Origin: an uncultured Planctomycetales bacterium
GTDB taxonomy: Bacteria; Omnitrophota; Gorgyraeia; Zapsychrales; JAHFFX01
Assembly (NCBI GenBank): GCA_964464475.1
Contig: CAYXGG010000001.1
Span: 23,174 to 87,173 of the forward strand
Reading direction: 5' to 3'
DNA length: 64,000 nt
A program made the position numbers and the translations under genes. The first letter of the stretch is position 1. Each line of letters begins with the position of its first letter. Positions 20,160 through 31,427 of this stretch are shown here, one piece after another. The notes beneath the pieces are model-generated. The model was not told where the DNA came from, did not search any database, and was given only the letters and a program-made list of their open reading frames with translations.

Positions 20160-21506
20160 ATGAATTTCTTTGCGATTACCCGACCTAGACGGTTGATCGT
20201 AAGCATGATCCTGGTCATGATGCTGCTATCCTGCCGGGACGCGTTTGCCTCGATCTACATTAATTTGGTGGCGGCTAATGCCTCACCGGATAAAGTGCGT
20301 GAACTTCCCTTTAAGTACTTCCTTCCTAGAGAATTGAAGCCCGATGATATTTTGGACACGGCCGGCTTGCAGATTGATTATGATATCGATCAGAAGTCTT
20401 ATTTTGTTTATGGAACACTGACGATGCAGCCGCAAGAATCACGCGTTTTAAAAATCGAAGTGAGGGATGTCTGGAAGGTGACTGATGAGGAAATCAGTCG
20501 TCTCAAGAAAGAAGTCGATGATCATTTGGTCCGAACGCAGAATACACCTTATCATGATCGGGCTTCGGTTTTAAAACAGGATATTAACCGAAAATTGGAT
20601 TATATTGTCGAGCAACAAGAAAACTATTCCGGTAACGTTGAGCGTCGCATTGAAGAGTATCGGGCGTACACCGAAGTCATCGCGCAGGTGCGTAAAGATA
20701 TTTTTTCGATCGAGAACTGGGAATCTGTGCAGGCAAAAATGCCGATCACACAGTCTCCTTTGGAAAATAAGACCGTCAAGTTTGTCCTTGAAGTAGAAAA
20801 TCCGCGGAAAGATATCGAAAAGACTTTAAAGCAACAGCACTATCTTCCGATGGAAGTCCTTTCCGAACATATTATTGACTCACGTGGTTTTGACATCCGT
20901 TTTGATGAGAAAAAGCAGCAGACGTATCTCTTTAAGGAAGAATTGTTTCAGCCGGGAGAGAAGAAACGTTACGAAATTATTATTCAGGACATTTGGTATA
21001 TTCCTGAAGACAAGACCAAAGGTTTTACCGAACGCGCGGATACGGCTATGAATGAGTTGCAGGGAACGGATTATGAAAATAGCGCGAAGTATCTTTTTGA
21101 TCAGATTAATCAAGGTATAAAAGGTGTGATTGAGCTGCAAGAGCGCAGCGTCAGCATGAAGGAACATGTAGGCGCTTTCCGTATTAATAAAGACACCATG
21201 AAGACTACTGAGGATCAGCTTTTGCAATTAGAGAGGATCCTGGCTTTGGTTCGGCAAAAACGATTGGAAGAATTGGAGAAAAGTCGGGTTAAGAATATCT
21301 TAAAGAAGATTCAGTCTCTGGATGGCATTAACGCGATCGCGCAGCAATTATTTAAACAAAAACTTTCCATTAATAAGACTTGGAAGATCATTATTGCTAT
21401 TTTAAGTTTTGTAGCCGTCTTCACTGCTTTTCATTTTCTGGTTTGGAAAAAGCGTTCTCGTGACGCGCGCCGACGTCAAGCCCAGCAAAAAGCACAACCT
21501 GCCTAG
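20160..21506 (+). CDS. Exported protein with signal peptide, two internally duplicated modules and a C-terminal TM anchor; function unknown
   Basis: N-terminal basic + hydrophobic signal ending AFA. Module 1 (KYFLPREL..DILDTAGL..QPQE..EVRDVW) matches module 2 (HYLPMEV..HIIDSRGF..QPGE..IIQDIW). TM WKIIIAILSFVAVFTAFHFLVW is followed by a basic tail. Starts 18 bp after the giant gene. Confidence 0.8.
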   Translation: MNFFAITRPRRLIVSMILVMMLLSCRDAFASIYINLVAANASPDKVRELPFKYFLPRELKPDDILDTAGLQIDYDIDQKSYFVYGTLTMQPQESRVLKIEVRDVWKVTDEEISRLKKEVDDHLVRTQNTPYHDRASVLKQDINRKLDYIVEQQENYSGNVERRIEEYRAYTEVIAQVRKDIFSIENWESVQAKMPITQSPLENKTVKFVLEVENPRKDIEKTLKQQHYLPMEVLSEHIIDSRGFDIRFDEKKQQTYLFKEELFQPGEKKRYEIIIQDIWYIPEDKTKGFTERADTAMNELQGTDYENSAKYLFDQINQGIKGVIELQERSVSMKEHVGAFRINKDTMKTTEDQLLQLERILALVRQKRLEELEKSRVKNILKKIQSLDGINAIAQQLFKQKLSINKTWKIIIAILSFVAVFTAFHFLVWKKRSRDARRRQAQQKAQPA

Positions 21507-21591
21507 TTTCTTAAGTAATTGGGAAATCTCGATTTAAGTAAGAAAAATGAGTTAATTTTTATGATTTTCTCATAGAATTGACGACGGGCTG

Positions 21592-21613
21592 TGCTATAAT
21601 CCGAACACGGAGG
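21592..21613 (+). promoter_or_regulatory. Extended -10 promoter (TGcTATAAT) and RBS (GGAGG) for the ATPase/T2SS operon
   Basis: TG at 21592-93, TATAAT at 21595-21600, GGAGG at 21609-13, TTG start at 21622. Confidence 0.55.
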
Positions 21614-21621
21614 AAATTCTC

Positions 21622-23196
21622 TTGGTCGAATTACAATATTTTGAAGTTGGTCTAGTCCGATGTATCCGCGGATGTATTGTCATCGTTACCGGTTTTAAGA
21701 ACTGCCTGAATGGTCAGTTGGTCAAATTCGGATACGGAACTATCGGCATGATCGTTGGGTTTACCACTGAAGAAGCTTCTGTATTGATTATTAAAGAAAG
21801 CGAACGCATCAAAACCGGCGACCAGGCTATGGCCACGCTGGAACCCTTTCTCACTCCCGTTGGAGATCATTTTATTGGCCGCATCGTCAACGCGTTAGGG
21901 GAACCCATGGATAGCCTGGGGCCCATTGAAGCGAGCACGATGGCCCCGATTTTTATCGAAGCCCCATCGATTCTTAAACGCGCACAACTTCATAAGACAT
22001 TAGAGACAGGTTGTAAAGTATTGGACGGGATGATCCCCGTTGGATTGGGGCAGCGCGAATTAATACTCGGGGACAAAATGACGGGTAAGACCACGATTGT
22101 CACCGATGCGATATTAAACCAAAAGAATACCGGTCTCATTTGCATTTATGTGGCGATTGGAAAGGCGCGTTCTTCCTTAGCGCGCGTCGTCCAACTATTC
22201 CAGGATAATGATTGTTTTAAATATTCACTTATTGTTTCCGCGACAGCATCTTCATTGCCTGGCCAACAATATTTAGCCCCTTATGTGGCGTGCTCATTGG
22301 CAGAGTATTTTATGAATCAAGGCAAGGACGTATTGATCGGTTTTGATGACTTAATGAAGCATGCCTGGTGTTATCGCGAAATTTCACTGCTTTTGGGGCG
22401 CGCCCCGGGACGAGATTCGTATCCCGGCGACATTTTTTATCTACATTCCAAGTTTATTGAGCGCGCTGCTTTTATGAGTCCTGAAAACGGAGGAGGATCC
22501 ATCACTTTTTTGCCGATTGTGGAAATTTTGGAAGGCGATTTGACGGGATTTGTTCCCTCAAACCTTGTTTCCATGACGGATGGCCAAATTTATCTTAATG
22601 CTCAGCTTTTCGGTGAAGGTCAGCGTCCGGCTGTTGATTTGGGTTTGTCGGTTTCACGCGTCGGCAGTAAAGTCCAGTGGCCTGCGGTAAAGAAATTATG
22701 CGCCCCGTTGCGCTTGGAGTTTTTGCAATTTAGAGAATTGTTGCGGATTTCACGCCTGAAAACGACTGGACAAAGCGAAGAACAGCTCCAGAAATTGAAA
22801 AGTGGCGCCATCCTGACCGAACTATTAAAACAAGATAAAGACGCGCCGGTCCCTTCGGAGGCGCAGGTCATGATTTTTTATGCTTTTAACAAAAAGTTAT
22901 TGATGGAATTATCCATTCCTGAAGTCAATGAGTTTCAGGCTCACATTTTGGAATTCGCTGTGCAGCAAGATCCGCAATTGCTGAAAACGTTACGCGAGAA
23001 GAAAAGTTTGGATGAACAGATAGAAAAAGGGTTGATGGCGGTATTGAACAGTTATCTGGCTCAATTAAAAGGTAAGCGTTCGGGAGCTGAGTCCTCCGGG
23101 GCCAATAAGGATGAAGTCTCTCAGGACGTTTTGGACCAAGCGGTTTCCAAGGCCGCGGCTAAGGACAAGGAAGCCAAATCTGCCGGAAAATCGTAA
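21622..23196 (+). CDS. atpA: F-type ATPase alpha subunit (divergent)
   Basis: GQRELILGDKMTGKT Walker A variant, YREISLLLGRAPGRDSYPGDIFYLHS, SNLVSMTDGQI, arginine-finger SVSRVG. Short N-terminus and charged C-terminal tail. Confidence 0.93.
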   Translation: MVELQYFEVGLVRCIRGCIVIVTGFKNCLNGQLVKFGYGTIGMIVGFTTEEASVLIIKESERIKTGDQAMATLEPFLTPVGDHFIGRIVNALGEPMDSLGPIEASTMAPIFIEAPSILKRAQLHKTLETGCKVLDGMIPVGLGQRELILGDKMTGKTTIVTDAILNQKNTGLICIYVAIGKARSSLARVVQLFQDNDCFKYSLIVSATASSLPGQQYLAPYVACSLAEYFMNQGKDVLIGFDDLMKHAWCYREISLLLGRAPGRDSYPGDIFYLHSKFIERAAFMSPENGGGSITFLPIVEILEGDLTGFVPSNLVSMTDGQIYLNAQLFGEGQRPAVDLGLSVSRVGSKVQWPAVKKLCAPLRLEFLQFRELLRISRLKTTGQSEEQLQKLKSGAILTELLKQDKDAPVPSEAQVMIFYAFNKKLLMELSIPEVNEFQAHILEFAVQQDPQLLKTLREKKSLDEQIEKGLMAVLNSYLAQLKGKRSGAESSGANKDEVSQDVLDQAVSKAAAKDKEAKSAGKS

Positions 23197-23214
23197 TCGA
23201 ATTAAATAGTCGGC

Positions 23215-23520
23215 ATGTATAAAGGTATTTTTAAATTAGTGGTCATGAGTTCAAAATCCCTCATTTATGAAAATGAGGTTCATAGTGTTTTCTTGTCGGG
23301 GGATCGGGGAGAGTATGAACTTTTAGCGTACCACTATCCATTGGTGGGAGTTTTGACGCGGGGCAACATTATTATCGACTGGAAAGAAAGCATTCCCATT
23401 AAAGGCGGCATTGTTCGCTTTATGGCCAACGAATGTTCCATTATGGTCGAAGAGGAAGACCAGAAGACATTAAATGTTTCAACGCTGGATACCGTGAATA
23501 AAGAAGTTCGGAAAGAATAA
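23215..23520 (+). CDS. atpC: F-type ATPase epsilon subunit, N-terminal beta-sandwich only
   Basis: FKLVVMS..LIYENEV..VFLSGDRGEYELLAYHYPLVGVL matches the epsilon N-domain (canonical PG.EG..GILP.H.P). 101 aa, no C-terminal helical hairpin. Confidence 0.8.
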   Translation: MYKGIFKLVVMSSKSLIYENEVHSVFLSGDRGEYELLAYHYPLVGVLTRGNIIIDWKESIPIKGGIVRFMANECSIMVEEEDQKTLNVSTLDTVNKEVRKE

Positions 23521-23522
23521 TC

Positions 23523-23747
23523 ATGCTCTTAGCTGAAACATTAATTATTATCGCGATCATGTTTATCGCGGTCATGGGGCCATCGGTCGTTATCGCAGTT
23601 TTGGGGTATGCGGTGATCAAGGCGCTGGCGCGCAATCCTTCCGCGGCGTCCAAGATATTTATGGGCATGGTGGTGATGTTAATTTTTGTAGAAGCTATTT
23701 CTATCGTCGCGATTCTGATTATTTTTCAATTGTTTGGGAGAGGATAA
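23523..23747 (+). CDS. atpE: F-type ATPase c subunit (proteolipid), divergent
   Basis: 74 aa, two TM helices, loop ALARNP, conserved Glu in FVEAISIV. Lacks the GxGxGxG packing motif. Confidence 0.85.
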   Translation: MLLAETLIIIAIMFIAVMGPSVVIAVLGYAVIKALARNPSAASKIFMGMVVMLIFVEAISIVAILIIFQLFGRG

Positions 23748-23754
23748 CCCATAA

Positions 23755-23994
23755 ATGCATTTTGAATATTGGTACGAAGCGCTTATTTTTATCGGGATTT
23801 TCTTAGTTTTGATCCTCGTTCCCTGTGTAGCCGTGGGGATGATGGGTTACCAGATGCTGCATCGCGTTGGTAATGAACCGAGTAAAACCCCGTTCATTCA
23901 GCTGAGCATTTTCTGGCAGCTAGTGGTTCTGGAAGCTTTATCTTTTTTGTGTTTGATTATTTTTGCGAACTTTTTTGATCCGCATCATGGATAA
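23755..23994 (+). CDS. Second, highly divergent c-subunit-like hairpin protein
   Basis: 79 aa, two TM helices. Loop RVGNEP aligns with ALARNP, and the Glu in VVLEALSF is at the same position as in atpE. Confidence 0.6.
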   Translation: MHFEYWYEALIFIGIFLVLILVPCVAVGMMGYQMLHRVGNEPSKTPFIQLSIFWQLVVLEALSFLCLIIFANFFDPHHG

Positions 23995-24032
23995 AATATG
24001 GTCAATCATTCATCAAATCTAAGGAGACAGCG

Positions 24033-24803
24033 ATGCCTTCGCACAAAATGAATTTAATCGAGTTTATTTTCTCTTTTTTAGTCCTCATGGGTGTCGTGGG
24101 AGGCGTGGTTATCTTTTTTTTAAAAAAGTTATTATTCAAGGACATTGAAAATGCAAAGAATTCTCTCTACGAACAAGCGGAGGCGGCGCGTCTTAAACAG
24201 GCGGAATTAAACAAAAAAATTAAAGAAGCTGATGAGGAGCTGGCCAAGCGTCGACAAGAAGCCGACAATTTGACTAAGAAAATGCTTTCGGAGGCGGAAG
24301 ATAAGGTTAAATTGGAAAGAGAGTCGATGGTGAACAAAGCCCGCTTAGAAGGGGAGGAAATCATCACCAAGGCTCAGATGACCCGCGACAAAATTCGCAA
24401 GGAAATCGAAGTGGAAATGGAACTCAAAGCGATTGGTTATGGCGTTGAAATGCTCAATAGCATTATGGAAAAGCGAACGCGCGGTGCTTTAGACGCGCAG
24501 TTGGTGGAGGAATTTTTGCAGGGATTAGAGAAGGTGGAAATGGGACATATTAATTTAAGTAGTGGTGGTGTTGAGTTGACCACCACCCAGCCGCTAGAGG
24601 CTTCCTTAACAGCCAAGTTGCAGCAGTTGCTGAATACCAAATTAAAACAAACGATAGCTATCACTTATAAACAGGATCCTGCTATTATGGGCGGGGCTAT
24701 TTTAAGAATTGGCACATTAGGCTTAGACGGAAGTTTACGTAATATGATTAAAGAGGCGGGCGCGAAATATAAACAGCGAGTCGAGGGAGCTGCCGGCGCT
24801 TAA
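24033..24803 (+). CDS. atpF: F-type ATPase b-delta fusion (peripheral stalk)
   Basis: N-terminal TM, long charged coiled coil (b), then delta/OSCP C-terminal signature DPAIMGGAILRIGTLGLDGSLR. Confidence 0.82.
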   Translation: MPSHKMNLIEFIFSFLVLMGVVGGVVIFFLKKLLFKDIENAKNSLYEQAEAARLKQAELNKKIKEADEELAKRRQEADNLTKKMLSEAEDKVKLERESMVNKARLEGEEIITKAQMTRDKIRKEIEVEMELKAIGYGVEMLNSIMEKRTRGALDAQLVEEFLQGLEKVEMGHINLSSGGVELTTTQPLEASLTAKLQQLLNTKLKQTIAITYKQDPAIMGGAILRIGTLGLDGSLRNMIKEAGAKYKQRVEGAAGA

Positions 24804-24818
24804 AGGCGGACAATCTAC

Positions 24819-27162
<2,344 letters not shown>

Positions 27163-27164
27163 TT

Positions 27165-29369
27165 ATGACAAAATATGCCGATAAATTCTTGAGCGATTTG
27201 CTGGTAAAAAATGGGTTTTTCCCACCGGTCGAAGTTGAGCAGTTTCTTAAAGAGACGCTGTCAACCAACGACTCGCTCTATCATTATCTCGTCAAGAGGC
27301 AATTGATTTCTGAACATCAGATTGTTAGCGCGCTGTGCCTGGAGTTAAATTGCGATTTAATTACATTGAAAAATATTAGAATTGACCAGGTGGTCATTGA
27401 CCGGGTTCCGGTGAAGTTCGCTTGGTATTACAAATTTATGCCCGTTAAAATTGAAGATAAGTCCCTGACAATCGCTATTTCTATGCCTATGGAAGTCAAA
27501 GTTTTGGATGAAATCCGCACTTATTTGGGGCTGGATCCCAAAACTGTTTTTACCACGGACTCTGACCTCAACGAAGCTTTTAACAAGTACTATGGTTTGG
27601 CGGCGGAAACTATTGATAAAGTGCTGACCAAAGATCCCAGCCGCCGGCAGTCGGCGAACGAGTCGTCAGCCCACGCCGTGGAGGACCTGGAACATAAGTC
27701 CGAAGATGCGTCTGTTTCTCGACTTGTTAACCAGGTCATTTTGGAAGCTTACCAAAAACGCGCGACGGATATTCATATTGAACCTTATCGGAACAAAGTT
27801 CGGATCCGCTACCGGATCGACGGCGCTTTGGTCGATGCCAATTTGCCCTCAGAGATCAAACATTTGCTACTGCCGATGATTTCTCGAATTAAAATCATGG
27901 CTAATTTAAGTATTGTTGAGAAACGCTTACCTCAGGACGGTAGCGCAGCTGTGCGCGCTAAAGACCAGAGTTTGGATCTGCGGGTCTCGACGATCCCCAC
28001 TCCTTGGGGAGAGAGTATGGTGATTCGTCTATTGCCGGCTAAAGTGACTATGCTAACGCTGGAAAAATTAGGTATTGATGTCGATCATTTGCGGATTTTT
28101 CGTGAATTGGTGAAGAAGCCCCACGGGATTATCTTTGTTACCGGACCGACGGGTTCCGGCAAAACAACAACCCTCTACGCCTGCTTGCAGGAAATTAATT
28201 CCGAGCAGCGCAAAATTATTACTATTGAAGATCCCGTTGAGTATGAGATGGAAGGGATCACGCAAATCCAGGTCAATACTAAAGTCAATTTAGATTTCGC
28301 GGCGGGACTCAGAAGTGTGTTGCGGCATGACCCGAATATTATCATGGTGGGAGAAGTCCGTGATTTAGAAACGGCTGAGATTGCCATTCGGACTGCCTTA
28401 ACTGGTCATTTGGTTTTTTCAACTTTGCACACCAATGACGCTGCGAGTGGCGTGACTCGGCTAGTGGATATGGGGCTGGAGCCTTTTTTGGTAGCTTCGA
28501 GCGTGGATGCTTTTATCGCGCAACGATTGGTGCGAACGATCTGTCCTCATTGTAAGACGCAAGATGCTAAAGTCCCGGCGGATTTAATTCAAGAGATGGC
28601 GCACTCCTTAAAGATTGATACTCAGGAAGTGAAGGTTTTTAAAGGTTTGGGTTGTGAGCGATGTAACAAAACTGGTTTTTATGGCCGGACTGCGCTTTAT
28701 GAATTTTTGCTCGTCAGTGACGCGATCCAGGCGGCTATTTTGGAAAAGCCTCGCGCTGAATATATCCGTCAGTTGGCCATGGCTGAGGGGATGCAAACAT
28801 TAAGGCAAAATGGCTGGCGTAAAGTCATCTCGGGCGTAACAACGCCATCGGAAGTCATGAATGTGACATCGAGGGAAGAAGAGGTCGCCGTGACTAACCG
28901 GCAGGTGAATAGCGGCTCGTTTTCTAGTGAATCAAACATTCCTGAATCATTAAAAGAGTTTAAAGGCTTGGCGGATTTGTCATCGGACCAACGCAACCTT
29001 TCGTCCCGCGCGCACCCACGACTGAATGTGGAATTACCTATTAGGTTTAAATTGAATATTCATGACCAGGAGCAAACGGAGTCAGCGCAGGATGTGGAGC
29101 AGTCTGCATTGACGAGAGATTTAAGCGCGGGTGGCGTTTGTTTCTTATCGCGTTTTATTATTCCCGTTGGGACGGTCATCACGCTCAAAGTGCAATTGGA
29201 AGGTGAGTCGCGGAGTTTGAATTGTCTGGCTAAAGTCTGCCGGGTGGAACAGGATCATCAGGGTAATTGTTATTTTATCAGCGTGACGTATTTAGATATG
29301 GCCAGTGCGGACCGCGCTAAAATCAATCATTTCGTCGCGGCTAAATTAAAGCCCGAAAATAACCCTTAA
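27165..29369 (+). CDS. gspE: GspE/PilB-family secretion/pilus assembly ATPase with C-terminal PilZ domain
   Basis: ATDIHIEP, RYRIDG, GPTGSGKTTTLY, TIEDPVE, LRHDPNIIMVGEVRD, TGHLVFSTLHTND, CPHC..CERC zinc site. C-terminus has RAHPR and DLSAGG PilZ motifs. Confidence 0.93.
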   Translation: MTKYADKFLSDLLVKNGFFPPVEVEQFLKETLSTNDSLYHYLVKRQLISEHQIVSALCLELNCDLITLKNIRIDQVVIDRVPVKFAWYYKFMPVKIEDKSLTIAISMPMEVKVLDEIRTYLGLDPKTVFTTDSDLNEAFNKYYGLAAETIDKVLTKDPSRRQSANESSAHAVEDLEHKSEDASVSRLVNQVILEAYQKRATDIHIEPYRNKVRIRYRIDGALVDANLPSEIKHLLLPMISRIKIMANLSIVEKRLPQDGSAAVRAKDQSLDLRVSTIPTPWGESMVIRLLPAKVTMLTLEKLGIDVDHLRIFRELVKKPHGIIFVTGPTGSGKTTTLYACLQEINSEQRKIITIEDPVEYEMEGITQIQVNTKVNLDFAAGLRSVLRHDPNIIMVGEVRDLETAEIAIRTALTGHLVFSTLHTNDAASGVTRLVDMGLEPFLVASSVDAFIAQRLVRTICPHCKTQDAKVPADLIQEMAHSLKIDTQEVKVFKGLGCERCNKTGFYGRTALYEFLLVSDAIQAAILEKPRAEYIRQLAMAEGMQTLRQNGWRKVISGVTTPSEVMNVTSREEEVAVTNRQVNSGSFSSESNIPESLKEFKGLADLSSDQRNLSSRAHPRLNVELPIRFKLNIHDQEQTESAQDVEQSALTRDLSAGGVCFLSRFIIPVGTVITLKVQLEGESRSLNCLAKVCRVEQDHQGNCYFISVTYLDMASADRAKINHFVAAKLKPENNP

Positions 29370-29382
29370 CCAATTAAAGTCT

Positions 29383-30591
29383 ATGCCGCTGTTTAACTAT
29401 AAAGCTAAAAGACCGGACACTCAAACCGTGGAAGGACGAATCTCGGCGGAAAATGAAGAGATGGCTATAGAGCTATTGACTCAACAAGGATTACTGCCGA
29501 TTAAAGTTCTTCCCGTGGAAGACGGAGCTCAGGGGGTATTAGGGACTTTTGCCGATCAAGTGCATCGTAAGGACGTCTATTTGTTTTCTAAACAGTTGGT
29601 GAGTTTGCTTAAGGGCGGAGTTGCGCTTTTACAGGCTTTGGAGATTTTGGAACGGCAGACCAAATCCAGGGCGTTGAAGGGCGTGATTAGTAAAATAGTC
29701 GCGGCGGTTCGGGACGGTAATTCTTTTTCTCAGGCGATGAGTTCATTCCCCAAAGTATTTTCTCCGCTTTTTGTAGCGATGGTCAAGGTGGGTGAGGAAA
29801 GCGGAAATTTAAAAGATGTGCTAAGAAATGTGACTGAATACCAGCAACGGCAAGAAGAACTCGTGAATAAAGTTCAAGGGGCCTTGATTTACCCAACGAT
29901 CATGAGTTGTGTCGGTATGGGCACGGTGATTTTTGTATTGACCTATGTCATGCCCAAGATTGTGGGACTACTTAACGGTTTGAATACCGAGTTGCCTTGG
30001 CCGACCAAGATGCTGCTAAAGTTAAGCGGTTTGTTTGCCGGAAATAATTTGTGGATTGTGATTTGTGTTCTGATGTTAGGTGTTATTTTGACTTGGTGGA
30101 GTAATTTAGCCAAGCAGGACAAACTAAAAAGTTTTATTTCTTTGAAAATGCCGGTTGTGGGTGATTTGTTGACTCGAGTGGATATCGCGCGTTTTTGCCG
30201 CACGATGGAGATCTTGCTTAAAGGAGGGATCCCTATTTTGCGGTCGATTGCTTTGGCCACCCCGGTGGTTAACAACGCGATTCTTCGGCAAGATTTATCC
30301 CAGAGTTTGGAGGCCCTTTCCTCGGGGGACTCTTTAGCGCGCAGTTTACAAAATTCTCGCTGGTTGCCACCAATGATGCTGAGCCTTATTTCCGTGGGGG
30401 AGGAATCCGGGTCGCTGGCAGAAGCCTTGGGTGATGTCGCCGACATTTATGAGTCTGAAACGAATGAATGGCTCAAAATGATGACCACTTTACTGGAGCC
30501 ACTGATGATTCTGGTCATTGGCGGGGTGATTGGATTTTTGGTTATGGCGATGTTGTTGCCCATATTTCAAATTGATGTTTTTGCGCGTTAA
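29383..30591 (+). CDS. gspF: GspF/PilC inner-membrane platform protein
   Basis: MPLFNYKA start, two GEESG repeats, ALIYP, LLEPLMIL..LLPIFQ. Confidence 0.93.
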   Translation: MPLFNYKAKRPDTQTVEGRISAENEEMAIELLTQQGLLPIKVLPVEDGAQGVLGTFADQVHRKDVYLFSKQLVSLLKGGVALLQALEILERQTKSRALKGVISKIVAAVRDGNSFSQAMSSFPKVFSPLFVAMVKVGEESGNLKDVLRNVTEYQQRQEELVNKVQGALIYPTIMSCVGMGTVIFVLTYVMPKIVGLLNGLNTELPWPTKMLLKLSGLFAGNNLWIVICVLMLGVILTWWSNLAKQDKLKSFISLKMPVVGDLLTRVDIARFCRTMEILLKGGIPILRSIALATPVVNNAILRQDLSQSLEALSSGDSLARSLQNSRWLPPMMLSLISVGEESGSLAEALGDVADIYESETNEWLKMMTTLLEPLMILVIGGVIGFLVMAMLLPIFQIDVFAR

Positions 30592-31414
30592 GGTGGGTCA
30601 TTTTGGCGCCGGCGCGAGTGCAAAAGTCATTTTTCCGGTGCTGCTTATCATGGTCTGGACTGCTGTCAGTCAGGCTGACACGCTGGACTGGCAGGAGCAG
30701 CGCGGTGATCACTTTATTGTTTATTATTTAGAGGATAAAGATAGTCATCTCGCTAGTCAGACGATTATAAAGGCGGAAGAATTTTATCGGCAAATTGATG
30801 AAGATATCGGGTACTCGCGGTATTCTAATTTCTGGACTTGGGAAAATCGGGTCAAAATATTTATTTTTCCAAACAAGGATTTGTTCCGGCAGTACACCGG
30901 GCAGCCCGAGTGGTCCCACGGCATGGCCAGTAGTAATACCCGTTTGTTTGGAGCGCGGTTTATCGTGACGTATAGTGAACAGAAGAATTTCTTTGATGGT
31001 TTGCTGCCCCATGAAATGAGTCATTTGATGTTGCATGATTTTTTAGGTTCTTCGCAGGCTGCGCCACTCTGGTTCGATGAAGGAATGGCACAGTTGTTGG
31101 AAGAAGGCAAACTCGCTAAATGCGCGCCAATTGTTCGATACATGGCGCAAAAAGAAAAATTTTTTCCTTTCGAACAGTTGAATGATTTAGATATTCGCCA
31201 GGAGAGAAATAATAAATTGGCGGTTCTGTTTTATGCTCAAGGGGTTTCCGTGGTCGATTTTATAAAAAAGCAGTATGGCCGCGCGGCGTTACAGCAAATT
31301 TGCCGTGGGCTTAAAGAAGGCCGTTCTTTTGAAGAGGCGTTGCGGGTGGCTACGTCTCAGGCTGTCCCTACGATGAAAGAGCTCGAGCGTAAATGGCTCA
31401 ACGCCGTTAAGTAG
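30575..31414 (+). CDS. Exported gluzincin metallopeptidase (peptidase MA-like)
   Basis: HEMSH (HExxH), PLWFDEGMA third-ligand motif, FYAQG, N-terminal hydrophobic signal. Start uncertain (ATG 30575 or GTG 30593; track start 30530 overlaps gspF). Confidence 0.8.
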   Translation: MFLRVKVGHFGAGASAKVIFPVLLIMVWTAVSQADTLDWQEQRGDHFIVYYLEDKDSHLASQTIIKAEEFYRQIDEDIGYSRYSNFWTWENRVKIFIFPNKDLFRQYTGQPEWSHGMASSNTRLFGARFIVTYSEQKNFFDGLLPHEMSHLMLHDFLGSSQAAPLWFDEGMAQLLEEGKLAKCAPIVRYMAQKEKFFPFEQLNDLDIRQERNNKLAVLFYAQGVSVVDFIKKQYGRAALQQICRGLKEGRSFEEALRVATSQAVPTMKELERKWLNAVK

Positions 31415-31427
31415 TCAACTAAAAGGA

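Noticed and set aside
20160-21506. 448-aa protein as the missing subunit a
   Set aside because: Only one TM besides the signal peptide and no RLxxN motif.
21578-21583. TTGACG as the -35 of the atpA promoter
   Set aside because: Only 11 bp from TATAAT, too close for sigma70.
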